Shown one piece after another: positions 30,390-40,162 of a stretch of 64,000 bases of DNA (its first letter is position 1; every line of letters starts with the position of its first letter). The stretch comes from Candidatus Eiseniibacteriota bacterium. Its GTDB lineage: Bacteria; Eisenbacteria; RBG-16-71-46; CAZAMP01. Location of the stretch: the NCBI GenBank assembly GCA_965224245.1, contig OZ245046.1:4128001-4192000 (forward strand). Reading direction: 5' to 3'. The position numbers and the translations under genes are program-made. The notes beneath the pieces were generated by a model, which worked only from the letters and a program-made list of their open reading frames with translations, ran no database searches and was not told the DNA's origin.

Positions 30390-32354
30390 ATGACTCGGAT
30401 CGCCAAGCTCACACGTCGGCTGGGAGCCAAGCGCCCCGGCGCGGTTCACGCCTGGACGAGCACGCTCCTCGCCTCGGCCGCCATCGCCCTGGTGGGAGCC
30501 GGTGTCGCACCGGAAGCCCTCTCGGCCGGCGCCGATGCACCGCTCACGTTCGAGAAGGAGGACGTCGACCGCGAGTTCTCGTCCGGCTACTACACGTCGA
30601 TCGCGTACGACGCCGCCGGGAACGCGCACGTTGCGTACCAGTCCCGCGTCGTGACCGGCGCCCAGGTGCGCTATGCGCGCCAGAACGCACTCGGCGGCTG
30701 GGGCATCGAGATCGTCGACACGAACGATTTCCCCGGCCAGCACTGTGACATCGTCCTGGACTCCGACGGCAACCCGCACATCGCGTACTGGGACAGTCCC
30801 ACCGACGAGCTTCGCTTCGCCAGCCGCGTGGGCGGCGTGTGGTCGATCGACGTGCTGGACACCGTCGACGGGCTCGCGAACCTGGATCTCGACGTGGACT
30901 CGCAGGGCGCCTTCCACATCGGGTACTCGAGCTACGTCACCGCTGAGCTCGTCTGGCTGCGCCAGGTCGGTGGAATCTGGTCCTCGGAGGTGCTGGACGA
31001 CGACTGCACGACCGGCATCATGGCGTTCTGCCTCGACCCGAACGACAAGCCGCTCTTTCTCCATCGATATCAGGAGAGCGTGATGCAGCTGACGAAGCAG
31101 CAGGGCTCGAACTGGTACACCTACGGGTTCTACGGAGTGACCGCGAGCGAGGTCGCCATCGACGCCGACGCGTCCGGCGCGTACCACGCGGCGTTCCAGG
31201 GCGACACCCGCGACTGGCTCACCTACATCCGGGGTGTGGACGGCGAGTGGAGCTGGGCGGCCGTCGACACGTCGTCCGCCGGACACGTCTCGATCGCGGT
31301 CGAGCCGAACGGGACGCCGCACTTCAGCTATCGGCGCACGCTCGGCGACGAGGGCGGCGGCAACCTCGGCTACGCGACGACCGACGCCGCCGGAGACATC
31401 GTCGTCGAGGAGGTCGACTGGTACGTCGACGACGCGCGCTGGACGGCGATCGCGGTCGATCGCGAGGGCAACGCCGGCATCAGCTACCAGGAAGCACACG
31501 ACTCGTACCTGAAGGTGGCCGAGCAGGGTCTCGACGTCGCCGTTCCCGCCGGTGGAGAGGTGTGGCCGGTGGGCGCGATCCGCGAGGTCCGCTGGTCCGG
31601 TGTCGGCCCGGTGGACGTGCTCCTGTCCGTCGACGGCGGCGCCACCTACGATGAGCTGGCCACGAACATCGGCGCGCGGTCGATCTCGTTCCGCGTTCCG
31701 CACACGCCGACGCGCTACGCGCGGCTGCGCATCCAGCGTCCGGCCCCGTTTCTGGCCACCGCCGAGGTGGACTCGTTCCTGACGATCGAGAACGACATCA
31801 CGTTGTACGGGCTTCGCGTCGGTCAGCCGGACTTCGGCCGGGGACGCGAGATCGCGTGGTCGACGTTCCCGAGCGTGGAGGATCTCCACGGCTACCGGAT
31901 CGAGCGTCGCGACGGACACGGCGACTGGCGCGAGATCGGTGGACTCGTCCGCGAGACGCACTACGTCGATCCGGACGGCACGGACGTCAGCCAGTACCGC
32001 CTCACCGCGGTGAACGGGTTCGGCCACGAGCACGTCCTCGGCACGACGACCGCCCAGTCCGCGACGTCGGTGCTTCGCGCCTGGCCGCTCCCGATGCGCG
32101 CGGGCTCGCTCCACGTGGCCTTCGCGTCGGGCAGCGCGCTGGGCGGCGGACCGGGCCACGTCGAGGTGGGCGTGTTCGACGCGCTGGGTCGCCGGGTACG
32201 TACCCTGGTCGACGGCTTCTTCGACGCCGGCCGGCACGAGGTGACCTGGGACGGTCGTGCGGCGAACGGCATCCGCGTTTCGGCGGGGCAATACTTCGTT
32301 CGCTCGGTGAGCGGAGGCGTCACCCGCACGCAGAAGCTGACGGTGCTCCGATGA
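30390..32354 (+). CDS. secreted repeat (beta-propeller) protein with FlgD-Ig CTD
   Basis: Repeats of SIA.D..G.PHIAY...L.YA....W; C-terminal VFDALGRRVRTL...WDGR. Confidence 0.82.
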   Translation: MTRIAKLTRRLGAKRPGAVHAWTSTLLASAAIALVGAGVAPEALSAGADAPLTFEKEDVDREFSSGYYTSIAYDAAGNAHVAYQSRVVTGAQVRYARQNALGGWGIEIVDTNDFPGQHCDIVLDSDGNPHIAYWDSPTDELRFASRVGGVWSIDVLDTVDGLANLDLDVDSQGAFHIGYSSYVTAELVWLRQVGGIWSSEVLDDDCTTGIMAFCLDPNDKPLFLHRYQESVMQLTKQQGSNWYTYGFYGVTASEVAIDADASGAYHAAFQGDTRDWLTYIRGVDGEWSWAAVDTSSAGHVSIAVEPNGTPHFSYRRTLGDEGGGNLGYATTDAAGDIVVEEVDWYVDDARWTAIAVDREGNAGISYQEAHDSYLKVAEQGLDVAVPAGGEVWPVGAIREVRWSGVGPVDVLLSVDGGATYDELATNIGARSISFRVPHTPTRYARLRIQRPAPFLATAEVDSFLTIENDITLYGLRVGQPDFGRGREIAWSTFPSVEDLHGYRIERRDGHGDWREIGGLVRETHYVDPDGTDVSQYRLTAVNGFGHEHVLGTTTAQSATSVLRAWPLPMRAGSLHVAFASGSALGGGPGHVEVGVFDALGRRVRTLVDGFFDAGRHEVTWDGRAANGIRVSAGQYFVRSVSGGVTRTQKLTVLR

Positions 32355-33514
32355 ACACGATTCTCGTACACGGGGCGCCCCGGCGGCGCCATCGCGAGCG
32401 CCGCCGGATCGGCCTCGGAGCGCTCCTCGGCGCGGTACTCCTCGCCGCAGGGGTTGGGGCGCCGGCCGACGCGGCCGGGCTCCTGGCCGTGGTCGACACG
32501 GGCGAGCTCTTCGTGTCGACCGACCAGGGCGAGAGCTGGTCGCTTCGGGGCTCGCTTCCGGCGAGCGACGTGATCGATCTCGTCGCGGTGTCCTCGAGCG
32601 CCGAGCTTCTGGCCGTGACCGGGTCCGGCGATCTCCACCGCTCCGACGACGCCGGTGCGTCGTGGTCGCCGGTGGGAGGCGCATCGGCTCCGGACGTCGT
32701 CGCGATGGTCGTCGACGATGGCGACATCGTGCTGCTCACGACCTCGGGAAACGTCTGGCGCTCCGCCGACGGCGGTGCGAGCTTTGGGCTGCACGGCGCG
32801 GTGACCGCATCCGACTTGACGGGACTCGAGAGATCGGACGCCGGTCTCCACGCGGTCGCCGCGAGCGGCGCGGTCTGGTCGAGTGCGGACGGCGGCGCGA
32901 GCTGGTCGGCGACCTCGATCTCGCCGTACTCGAACGTCGTGGCCGTCACGAGCGCCACCGTGGGCCTCGTCGTGATGGACCGGACCGGCTCGGTCGCCGT
33001 GTCCGAGGACGATGGTCTGAGCTGGAGGCCGTCGGGCACGTTCTCGCAGCTTCACGCGGTCGACATCGTGGAGAGCGACGGCGCGCTCGTCGCCGTCACC
33101 AGCGAGAGCGAAGTGGCGAGGTCCAGTGACGGCGAGAGCTGGAGCTGGGTGGGATCGATCGGGCAGCTTGACGTCGTCGCCATGACGACCGATGAGCCGG
33201 TGCTCGCGGCACCGGACGGAACGACAACGAGCCCGATACCGTCGTTCACGGTCGGCGCTCCGTTCCCCAATCCCGTGCGGGGGGTAGCGAGGCACGTCCT
33301 CGTGCCGCTGTCCCTGGACGAGGCGGCCGATGCGATCTCGATCTCGATCGTCGACGTGCGAGGTCGCGAGCTGGCGCGTGAGGAGGTGCGTGCGCTCCCA
33401 TCGGGTCGATCGGACGTCACGATCGCGTTCGACGGGCTCTCGGCGGGCGTGTACTACGTGCGTGCCGTCGCGGGCCAGGAGACCGCGGCGTCGCGGTTCA
33501 CCCGAATGCCCTAG
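32351..33514 (+). CDS. BNR/Asp-box (YCF48-like) repeat protein with CTD
   Basis: ATGA overlap; six S.D.G.SW-type repeats; FPNP...GLSAGVYY tail. Confidence 0.8.
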   Translation: MNTILVHGAPRRRHRERRRIGLGALLGAVLLAAGVGAPADAAGLLAVVDTGELFVSTDQGESWSLRGSLPASDVIDLVAVSSSAELLAVTGSGDLHRSDDAGASWSPVGGASAPDVVAMVVDDGDIVLLTTSGNVWRSADGGASFGLHGAVTASDLTGLERSDAGLHAVAASGAVWSSADGGASWSATSISPYSNVVAVTSATVGLVVMDRTGSVAVSEDDGLSWRPSGTFSQLHAVDIVESDGALVAVTSESEVARSSDGESWSWVGSIGQLDVVAMTTDEPVLAAPDGTTTSPIPSFTVGAPFPNPVRGVARHVLVPLSLDEAADAISISIVDVRGRELAREEVRALPSGRSDVTIAFDGLSAGVYYVRAVAGQETAASRFTRMP

Positions 33515-33633
33515 GCGCCTGGACAGGGCCGCACGGGCGGCCGTGTCCTCGTCGACTCGATCCGGTGGCGAGATCGCCGCTCACACGGGCCGTTCCGCGC
33601 CGGCCCACCCCGACCGCCGTGTCGGCCCGTCGA

Positions 33634-33960
33634 TCACGCTCGTGACAGCACGAGGTAGAGCGCGCCGCCCAGCGCCGCGACCATCAGCAGTCCACCAACG
33701 GCGAGCGCGCCGGCCACGAGGAGGAGCCTCGTGCGTGCGCGGGCGCGCGCCTCGTCCAGAAGCCGTCGCTCGGCGTCCGGAGAGAGCCTGAGCTGGGGCA
33801 TGGCGGTCGACATCTTCTCACCCTCCTTCAGCAACGAGGCGAACGCGTCGTCCTCGTGCAGGTAAGCCTCCACCAGCGCGCGGCTGTCGGCCGTGGCCTC
33901 GCCGGACTCGTAGAGCGGCCAGAGATCGCTCACGATGTCGCGCGTGATCTCGAGCTTCAT
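33634..33960 (-). CDS. putative anti-sigma factor (zf-HC2-like, zinc ligands absent), one TM helix
   Basis: DIVSDLWPLYESGEATADSRALVEAYL; C-terminal TM; ATGA overlap with the ECF sigma. Confidence 0.75.
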   Translation of the reverse strand: MKLEITRDIVSDLWPLYESGEATADSRALVEAYLHEDDAFASLLKEGEKMSTAMPQLRLSPDAERRLLDEARARARTRLLLVAGALAVGGLLMVAALGGALYLVLSRA

Positions 33961-34445
33961 CGTCGTTCCTCCTGTGTGCGTCGTGCCGCGGCAAGACGGA
34001 GGCGGGCGCGGTGGACCCTGACCTTCGCGGCGCCCACGGTCGTCCCGAGCACGGCGGCGATCTCCTCGTAGCGCAGCTCATGGTCGACCCGCAAGAGCAG
34101 CGCCGATCGTTCGCCTTCCGGAAGATCGCCGAGCGCCCGAAGAACCGAATCGAGCGTCGCTCGGTCGTCCATCCGTGTGCCCGGGTCGACCGCGTGATCC
34201 GCCATGTCCTCGGACAGTGCGACGTCCCGGCGACGTCGGCGGAGCCCGGTGAGGTATACGTTTCGGGCCGCCACCATCAGGTAGGCCAGCGCCGTCCGTG
34301 TCCGGATCCGCGGCGCTCTCGTGAGGAGCCGGACGAACGTCTCCGAGACGATGTCCTCGGCCTCGCTGCGATTGCCGCACAGCCCCCACGCAAAGCGGAG
34401 GAGGGCCGGGGCGTGACGGCGAAAGAGCGTCTCGTAGTCGTCCAC
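33957..34445 (-). CDS. ECF RNA polymerase sigma factor
   Basis: EAEDIVSETF and LRYEEIAAVLGTTVGAAKVRVHRAR; GGAGG RBS before GTG 34445. Confidence 0.9.
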   Translation of the reverse strand: MDDYETLFRRHAPALLRFAWGLCGNRSEAEDIVSETFVRLLTRAPRIRTRTALAYLMVAARNVYLTGLRRRRRDVALSEDMADHAVDPGTRMDDRATLDSVLRALGDLPEGERSALLLRVDHELRYEEIAAVLGTTVGAAKVRVHRARLRLAAARRTQEERR

Positions 34446-34466
34446 TGGCACCTCCGACGCCACTAC

Positions 34467-34492
34467 TACTCGGAAACCGGCCGGAGGTTACA
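34467..34492 (-). promoter_or_regulatory. putative autoregulatory ECF promoter
   Basis: TGTAAC-N16-AGTA just upstream of the sigma gene RBS; resembles SigW-type TGAAAC-N16-CGTA. Confidence 0.5.
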
Positions 34493-34538
34493 TGGATGAC
34501 CCCATCCCGTACGCTGGAAGACTTCCGTGAGCTCCCGG

Positions 34539-35201
34539 CTACTCGACCACCCCGTCGAGCTCCAGTCGTTTGAGGACGGCCAGGAGCGTGAGGAGGCTGT
34601 CGGGCGCCACGGGTGTGATCCGCTCGTGCGACCGGATCCCGATCTGATGCGGGGGAAACCGGTCGCACGACGACAGGAGGATGAACGACTCGCCTCGCTC
34701 CGGCCTGGGACCGCCGTAGAACTGTGTGTGGCTCGGCAGCGAGAACCAGTGTCCGATCAGCGGGGCCAGACGGTCGATCTCGTCGGTCTCCAGCGCACGG
34801 ATCGTGTAGTCGTCGGCGGACCAGTCGGCGCGCCAGAGGGTGTCCTCCCCCAGGCGAACCGGCCTCGGGGGCCGGATCAGCGTGGCCAGACTGCACGGTC
34901 GTTGATCGCAGAGGATCAGCCGATGTCGTCCCGAACCATCCTGGAGCCCGACTGCCCTCAGCCAGTTGCGCTCACATTGCAACGATCTCGGCTGGCCTTG
35001 GGCTCGGTCCGTGGGGACGGTCTTCGGTGCGTTCTCCGCTCCGCCGAGGAGGCAGTAGCCGCCGCGAGGAGAGAGCACCGGTGACCCGAGGTGCGGTGAC
35101 CAGACGATCGTGAGAAGCATCAGCAGTACGAGGCAGCAGCTCGCAGACATCGAGCGCAACTCCCGCGAGAGGGCGATCGGCAGCGACCACCATTCTAGCA
35201 A
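34539..35201 (-). CDS. hypothetical protein (start uncertain)
   Basis: Fills the gap on the same strand as its neighbours; hydrophobic N-terminal segment; no family recognised. Confidence 0.45.
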   Translation of the reverse strand: MLEWWSLPIALSRELRSMSASCCLVLLMLLTIVWSPHLGSPVLSPRGGYCLLGGAENAPKTVPTDRAQGQPRSLQCERNWLRAVGLQDGSGRHRLILCDQRPCSLATLIRPPRPVRLGEDTLWRADWSADDYTIRALETDEIDRLAPLIGHWFSLPSHTQFYGGPRPERGESFILLSSCDRFPPHQIGIRSHERITPVAPDSLLTLLAVLKRLELDGVVE

Positions 35202-35301
35202 AGAGGTGCGCCCGGAGGTCGCCGTTCGAGGGTTTCATCCTGGCTGGTCGGGGCCCTTGCCGTGATGCGACTCCGCAATCCCGGCCTGCTCGAGCCGATG
35301 C

Positions 35302-36456
35302 CTAGTATGCCTCCAGCATCGACAGGTACACCCCACCCGTGCCGTCGTCACCGGTCGCGAGGTCGGCGCGCAGCGTGACACCCTCCGCCCGGCTGAGCAG
35401 GAAGCGGAGCCCGATCCCACCGGCGAACCGCGCCTCGTCGCGCCGGAAGTCCGACAGGTCGTGCGCGACGTCACCCACGTCGGCGAACGCCACCAGCCCC
35501 GTGCGCGTCCAGAAGCCCAGTCGATACTCGGCCTGGAGGACGTAGCGGTTTCGTTCGCGAAAGCGCACCTCGTAGAAGCCACGTATGACGCTGTCGCCGC
35601 CGAGCTGCGCGAGCGACTGAATGGGCGGCGTCCCGGTCATCACCGTGGCGAGGCCGCGGACCGCGACGACCTGGCCGCTCGAGAGCGAGTGGTACGCCCG
35701 CAGATCGAGGTTCCAGCTCGTGTAGTCGAAGTCGCTGCCGACGTCCCGGCTCGACAGGTCCACGCTCAGCTCGGACAGGGTCCCCGAGCGCGGATAGATC
35801 GTGTTGTCGCGCCGGTCCCGGTTCGCGGAGGCGCCGAGCTGGAGGATCGTACCGCCGTCGCTCCCCGGGAGCCCTCCCGACTCGAGAACCCCGCCGTCCT
35901 CGGTCTCCTCCATCTCCTCGTGAACGAGTCCGACGTGCGGCCCGACGCGAAGATCGGGGAAGACCTCCTTGCGCACGCCGAGAGTCACCGCGGTCGTGCG
36001 GGGCGTGTAGTCCTCGGAGACGTCGTCTTGGGTGTCGTTGCCGACGCCGAAGAACGTGTTCGGGAACTCCGAGAACACCGCTCCCGCCTGGACGTGATAT
36101 CGCTCGTCGGACCCGTACCGCTCGAGTCCCACCCCCACCACGAGCTGCTTGCGCTGCGTCAGGAGAACGCTGGCCGAGTGAAAGGCCGGCTTCTGGTCGG
36201 CGGGCCCGTCCGGGGACCGGCGCAGGTACGTCACCACGACGCCGACGCCGGACTTCGTCTCGGGCGAGTACATGTAGAACGGGAAGGGAATGAGCGTCGC
36301 CGATGGGACCGTCGTCGTGTCCTCTTCCGCCGACGGCGTCGCCCCGGCGCCCGTGGATGAGCCGAGGATCACCATCGACATCACGATCCCCGCCGCCCGG
36401 GCCGCGATTCTCTCGAGGCCGTTGCCGTGCCGGCACGTCATGTCGGGATTCTCCAC
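35302..36456 (-). CDS. Omp85 (BamA/TamA family) beta-barrel without POTRA domains
   Basis: D.RDN.IYP.SG; IRGFY..RFR (VRGY-like loop); GIGLRF; terminal aromatic residue (EAY). Confidence 0.82.
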   Translation of the reverse strand: MENPDMTCRHGNGLERIAARAAGIVMSMVILGSSTGAGATPSAEEDTTTVPSATLIPFPFYMYSPETKSGVGVVVTYLRRSPDGPADQKPAFHSASVLLTQRKQLVVGVGLERYGSDERYHVQAGAVFSEFPNTFFGVGNDTQDDVSEDYTPRTTAVTLGVRKEVFPDLRVGPHVGLVHEEMEETEDGGVLESGGLPGSDGGTILQLGASANRDRRDNTIYPRSGTLSELSVDLSSRDVGSDFDYTSWNLDLRAYHSLSSGQVVAVRGLATVMTGTPPIQSLAQLGGDSVIRGFYEVRFRERNRYVLQAEYRLGFWTRTGLVAFADVGDVAHDLSDFRRDEARFAGGIGLRFLLSRAEGVTLRADLATGDDGTGGVYLSMLEAY

Positions 36457-36621
36457 GCTCGGGTGAGCGGCCTGCCCGCCGCATCGGCGATCATCGACGA
36501 CGTCGCCGAGACGGCATCGCGGGACGGGCGCCGGCCGGGAGTCACGACAGACGTCATACCATCCGTGGTCTCGTGTCAGTGCGAGCGGAGGGCCTGCCGC
36601 CGAGGCGGCAGGCGCCAGGAC

Positions 36622-39600
36622 TCAACGGAGCCGGACCAGGCTCCCGGTCGCGGCGGGGAGCCCATCCAGCGACACGCGGTAGAGGTACATCCCGCTGGCC
36701 GCGCCGTGGCCCTCCTCGGATCGACCGTCCCAGGCCAGCCGGATCGATCCGGGGGCGCGCACGTCGCGGGACAGGTGCGCCACACGGGCTCCCGTGGGCG
36801 TGAAGATCTCGACGGCCACCCTCCCCGCACGGCTCACGTCGAGCGTGAACGCGGCCGAGGATCGGAACGGGGACGGACCCGCCTGCCGCACGTGAACGGG
36901 CGCGATCGAGAGGGACTCGACGTCCTCGCTCTCGTCGGTCCCGAGAACGATCTCGGCGTCGTGGACGTGTACCGCGAGCGAGCGTCCGGGGACCGGATCG
37001 GTTCCGACGACGCGAAGGTCGTACACCTCCTCGGCGTACCGCGCCTGACGCGGCATCTCGAATCGAAACGACGGCTCTCCGTCCGATCCGGAAGGCAGGG
37101 TGGCGTCGAAGACGTATCGTGCCTCGACCGAGAAGCTCACGGGGAAGTCCGGGAGCATGTTCTCGATCAGGAGCGAGTAGAGGGCGTCCGGCCCCCCGTA
37201 GAACGCGGGGACGATGTGGGACTCCCCCGGATCCAGCGCCGCCGTGACGCCGGTGGGGTTCACCGTGTCGCTGAAGCGGAGGAAGATCGGGCTCTCCTGG
37301 ATGTTGGTCACGACGATGTCGTCGTGACCCTCGAAGGGCGAGATCCCGAACGTCTCCTCGCCGTTGGGATCGAGGTGGATGCTGCAGATGTGTCCGAACT
37401 CGATCCGCGCCGTGGTTGCCGCGGCCACTCCGTCGCTCCGGTAGAAGTCGACGCTCACCGACTCGATCTCGTTCGCCCCGTAAGGCATCGTGATCCCCCG
37501 GACGTCGTCGATCGCGGACGAGACGTCGCCGAGGTAGAACTCGAACAGATCGGTGATGATCCCCGCCGGGAAGACGTCGCACTCCGCCAGGCCCAGCTCG
37601 AGCAGCTCGATCCCGTCCTGCCTCCGGATGTCGGACGGGATCTCCTGTGGGGAGAAGAACGTGCCCGCGACCGCGAACTGACCGAAGCCCGCATCCGCGG
37701 CGTAGACGCCGGTGATCTCGGCCCCCGGCGTGTACCCCCCCTTGATGCCGATGCCCTCGGGGAAGCTTCCGTTGTCCACGATCCAGTTCATGAAGTTGTT
37801 GAACGTCCAGTCGTAGGAGATCGGCCCGCCCGTGGACTCCATGTGTCGCGTGATCGTGCGCTCGGTCGTCTCGGAGATCTGGCGGAACAGCGGGTTCTCC
37901 ATCGCCGCGCGACTGAGCGTGGCCATGTCCTCCGCGGTGGAGTGGTGTGAGCCGCCGAGTCCGAACGTGAACTCGCCGTCGAGCCCCGCGGGGTTGTGAA
38001 ACGACGTGCCCGACATGCCGAGCGAGATCGCCCGGAGGTTCATGTCGGTGACGAAGCCGGCCACGCTTCCTGCGGGGTCGGTCGGGCTGTTGCCTCCCAG
38101 GAGATGCGCGATGGCGTAGGCGGCGTCGTTGCCCGACAGCATCAGGCACGTGTACATCAGATTCTCGAGCGACATCTCCTCTCCCAGAACGAGAGGTACC
38201 TGCGACCCGGGAACGTTCAGCGAGCACCAGCCCGGCACGTCGTAGACGGTGGACGGCGCGACGTGGTCGGGATCGGACGGAGGCAGCTGGGTGCGCTCAC
38301 AGGCCAGGAGAACCGTCATCACCTTCGTCGTGCTCGCGATCAGCACCTCGTCGAAGGGCTTCTGCGAGAAGATCAGGTTGTGATCGCAGTCGTAGGACAC
38401 CGCGTTGCGGCTGTTGAGGCCGAACGTCTGGCGCCAGGGTGCGATGATGTGTGCCATGCCGGTGCCCTGCGCGTCTCCGGGGGCCCCGACCACGAGGTGG
38501 CCGTTGCCGGTCCCGTCCAGCTCGCCGAACGCGAGCGACCACCCGAGGAGGGCGTTGGAGTCCAGGTAGTCGTTGAGGTTGCCCTGCATGAACTTGTTCC
38601 AGCCGTTGGTGCCGGGACCGTCCGGGCCGCCGTGCGAGACGTAGACGTATCCCCCGTTGATGGCCTGTCCGTCGATGTCATCGTAGGGCACGCCGATGGC
38701 GAGATCCTCGTACCCGTCCGGCGCGCCGAAGAAGCCCGACTCGAGCCGGTAGCCGAACCAGTCGAACGGCAGGATGGTGGAACCGCCGACGTCGAACTTG
38801 TCGAGGACGCGGACGTCCTCGAACGCCAGCGTCACGTCGTTGCCGGGAATCACGAAGACCCGGCCCGACTCGTTCACGCCGGTGAAGTCGTATCCGGGCT
38901 CGGAGATGGCCACGCTGTAGTAGCCGCCGGCGTTCATGAACCAGCCGATCTCGACCGCGAAGCCGAACGTCCCGGCGGAGCTGAGCGAGCCGAGGTCGTC
39001 TGCCGTGATGACGAACGTGCCGAACGCCGTGGGACCGGAGGCCGACCCGGCGATCACCCAGACCATGCCGGCGTTCTCCACCCCCGACACGTCCTTGCCC
39101 GGCGATCCCACGACGATCTCGGCGTAGCCGTCCCAGGTCACGTTGCCGATCGAGAGAGACGCTCCGAAGAGGTCTCCGGGCGTGTTCGTCCCACCGTAGC
39201 TCGACTGCTTGGCCCATCCACTGGCCCCGAAGAGACCGCCGCCGGAGCCCATCCGCCAGAAGATCGCGCCGGCGCTGGAGTCCTCGCCGGGCCCACCGAT
39301 CACGAGGTCGAGGTTCCCGTCGCCGTCGAGGTAGCCCGCGTCGAGCACCTCGCCGAAGCGATCGCCGGTCTCGTTCGCGCCGCCGAACAGGCTCTGATCC
39401 AGCGAGTGCCAGACCACGAGTCCCGATGCGGTGCCCCGCATCACGAAGACGATCCCCGAGTCGTTTGCCGCGCCCCCGTTCACGCCGGGCGCGCCGATCG
39501 CGAGATCCGTGAAGCCGTCGTCGTTGAAGTCCCCGGCGGCGAGGGCGTAGGCGAACTCGTCTCCCGTGACCGGCGACCCGCCGCCGGCCTCCGCGCGGGT

Positions 39601-39912
39601 GATGAGCTGGGCCCCGACCTCGGTCACCCCGCGCTCGGATCCCCAGCTGATCACGACGGCCCCGGCGCCGAGCGCCGCGCCGACGTCCTCCGCCCGCGCG
39701 CCCGTGGCCAGGTCGTCGTAGCCGTCGCCGTTGAAGTCCCCGACGGCGACGGACGAGCCGAACTCGTCGCCGTTCTCTCGAACCCCGGCGCTCTCGTTCC
39801 CCTGTCGGACGATGCAGAGGTGCGACGCGGCGGGCGACGTGACGGTGAGGACGAGCGCGAGGGTCCCGGACCAGGCCGGAAGCCGCTCGAGACGACGTGG
39901 TGACGGTTTCAT
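36622..39912 (-). CDS. FG-GAP repeat + D-Ala-D-Ala carboxypeptidase (peptidase S11) + FlgD-Ig CTD fusion
   Basis: FG.SVA.GDFNGDGYDDLA.GA repeats; IASTTKVMT (SxxK); SGNDAA (SxN); F.NP.GLD; STAEDMA; GIKGGYT; C-terminal WDGR...SGMY. Confidence 0.87.
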   Translation of the reverse strand: MKPSPRRLERLPAWSGTLALVLTVTSPAASHLCIVRQGNESAGVRENGDEFGSSVAVGDFNGDGYDDLATGARAEDVGAALGAGAVVISWGSERGVTEVGAQLITRAEAGGGSPVTGDEFAYALAAGDFNDDGFTDLAIGAPGVNGGAANDSGIVFVMRGTASGLVVWHSLDQSLFGGANETGDRFGEVLDAGYLDGDGNLDLVIGGPGEDSSAGAIFWRMGSGGGLFGASGWAKQSSYGGTNTPGDLFGASLSIGNVTWDGYAEIVVGSPGKDVSGVENAGMVWVIAGSASGPTAFGTFVITADDLGSLSSAGTFGFAVEIGWFMNAGGYYSVAISEPGYDFTGVNESGRVFVIPGNDVTLAFEDVRVLDKFDVGGSTILPFDWFGYRLESGFFGAPDGYEDLAIGVPYDDIDGQAINGGYVYVSHGGPDGPGTNGWNKFMQGNLNDYLDSNALLGWSLAFGELDGTGNGHLVVGAPGDAQGTGMAHIIAPWRQTFGLNSRNAVSYDCDHNLIFSQKPFDEVLIASTTKVMTVLLACERTQLPPSDPDHVAPSTVYDVPGWCSLNVPGSQVPLVLGEEMSLENLMYTCLMLSGNDAAYAIAHLLGGNSPTDPAGSVAGFVTDMNLRAISLGMSGTSFHNPAGLDGEFTFGLGGSHHSTAEDMATLSRAAMENPLFRQISETTERTITRHMESTGGPISYDWTFNNFMNWIVDNGSFPEGIGIKGGYTPGAEITGVYAADAGFGQFAVAGTFFSPQEIPSDIRRQDGIELLELGLAECDVFPAGIITDLFEFYLGDVSSAIDDVRGITMPYGANEIESVSVDFYRSDGVAAATTARIEFGHICSIHLDPNGEETFGISPFEGHDDIVVTNIQESPIFLRFSDTVNPTGVTAALDPGESHIVPAFYGGPDALYSLLIENMLPDFPVSFSVEARYVFDATLPSGSDGEPSFRFEMPRQARYAEEVYDLRVVGTDPVPGRSLAVHVHDAEIVLGTDESEDVESLSIAPVHVRQAGPSPFRSSAAFTLDVSRAGRVAVEIFTPTGARVAHLSRDVRAPGSIRLAWDGRSEEGHGAASGMYLYRVSLDGLPAATGSLVRLR

Positions 39913-39967
39913 CGGAGACTCCTCTCGAGGCAGAGGCGAGCTGTCGTTCGTCTGCTTCGAAGGGGAT

Positions 39968-39994
39968 CACGCAGTTCCGGTCGCAGGGCGGACA
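39968..39994 (-). promoter_or_regulatory. putative ECF-dependent promoter (TGTCCG-N17-CGTG)
   Basis: Minus strand TGTCCGCCCTGCGACCGGAACTGCGTG; matches 4630-4656 at 20/27 positions. Confidence 0.5.
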
Positions 39995-40162
39995 TCGAGG
40001 CAGGGCGGAATGGCTCTCCGGTCTCGGGCGAGGAGTCGAGAAGGGCCCAGGGAGTCCGCGGCGACGAGGTGCTCGCCGTTCGGCGTCCGTTGCAAGATAA
40101 AGGGGCATAGGCAGCTATCGACGTCGAGCGGCCGTGTCGCTCCCCCGGCCGGCCGCACTCCG

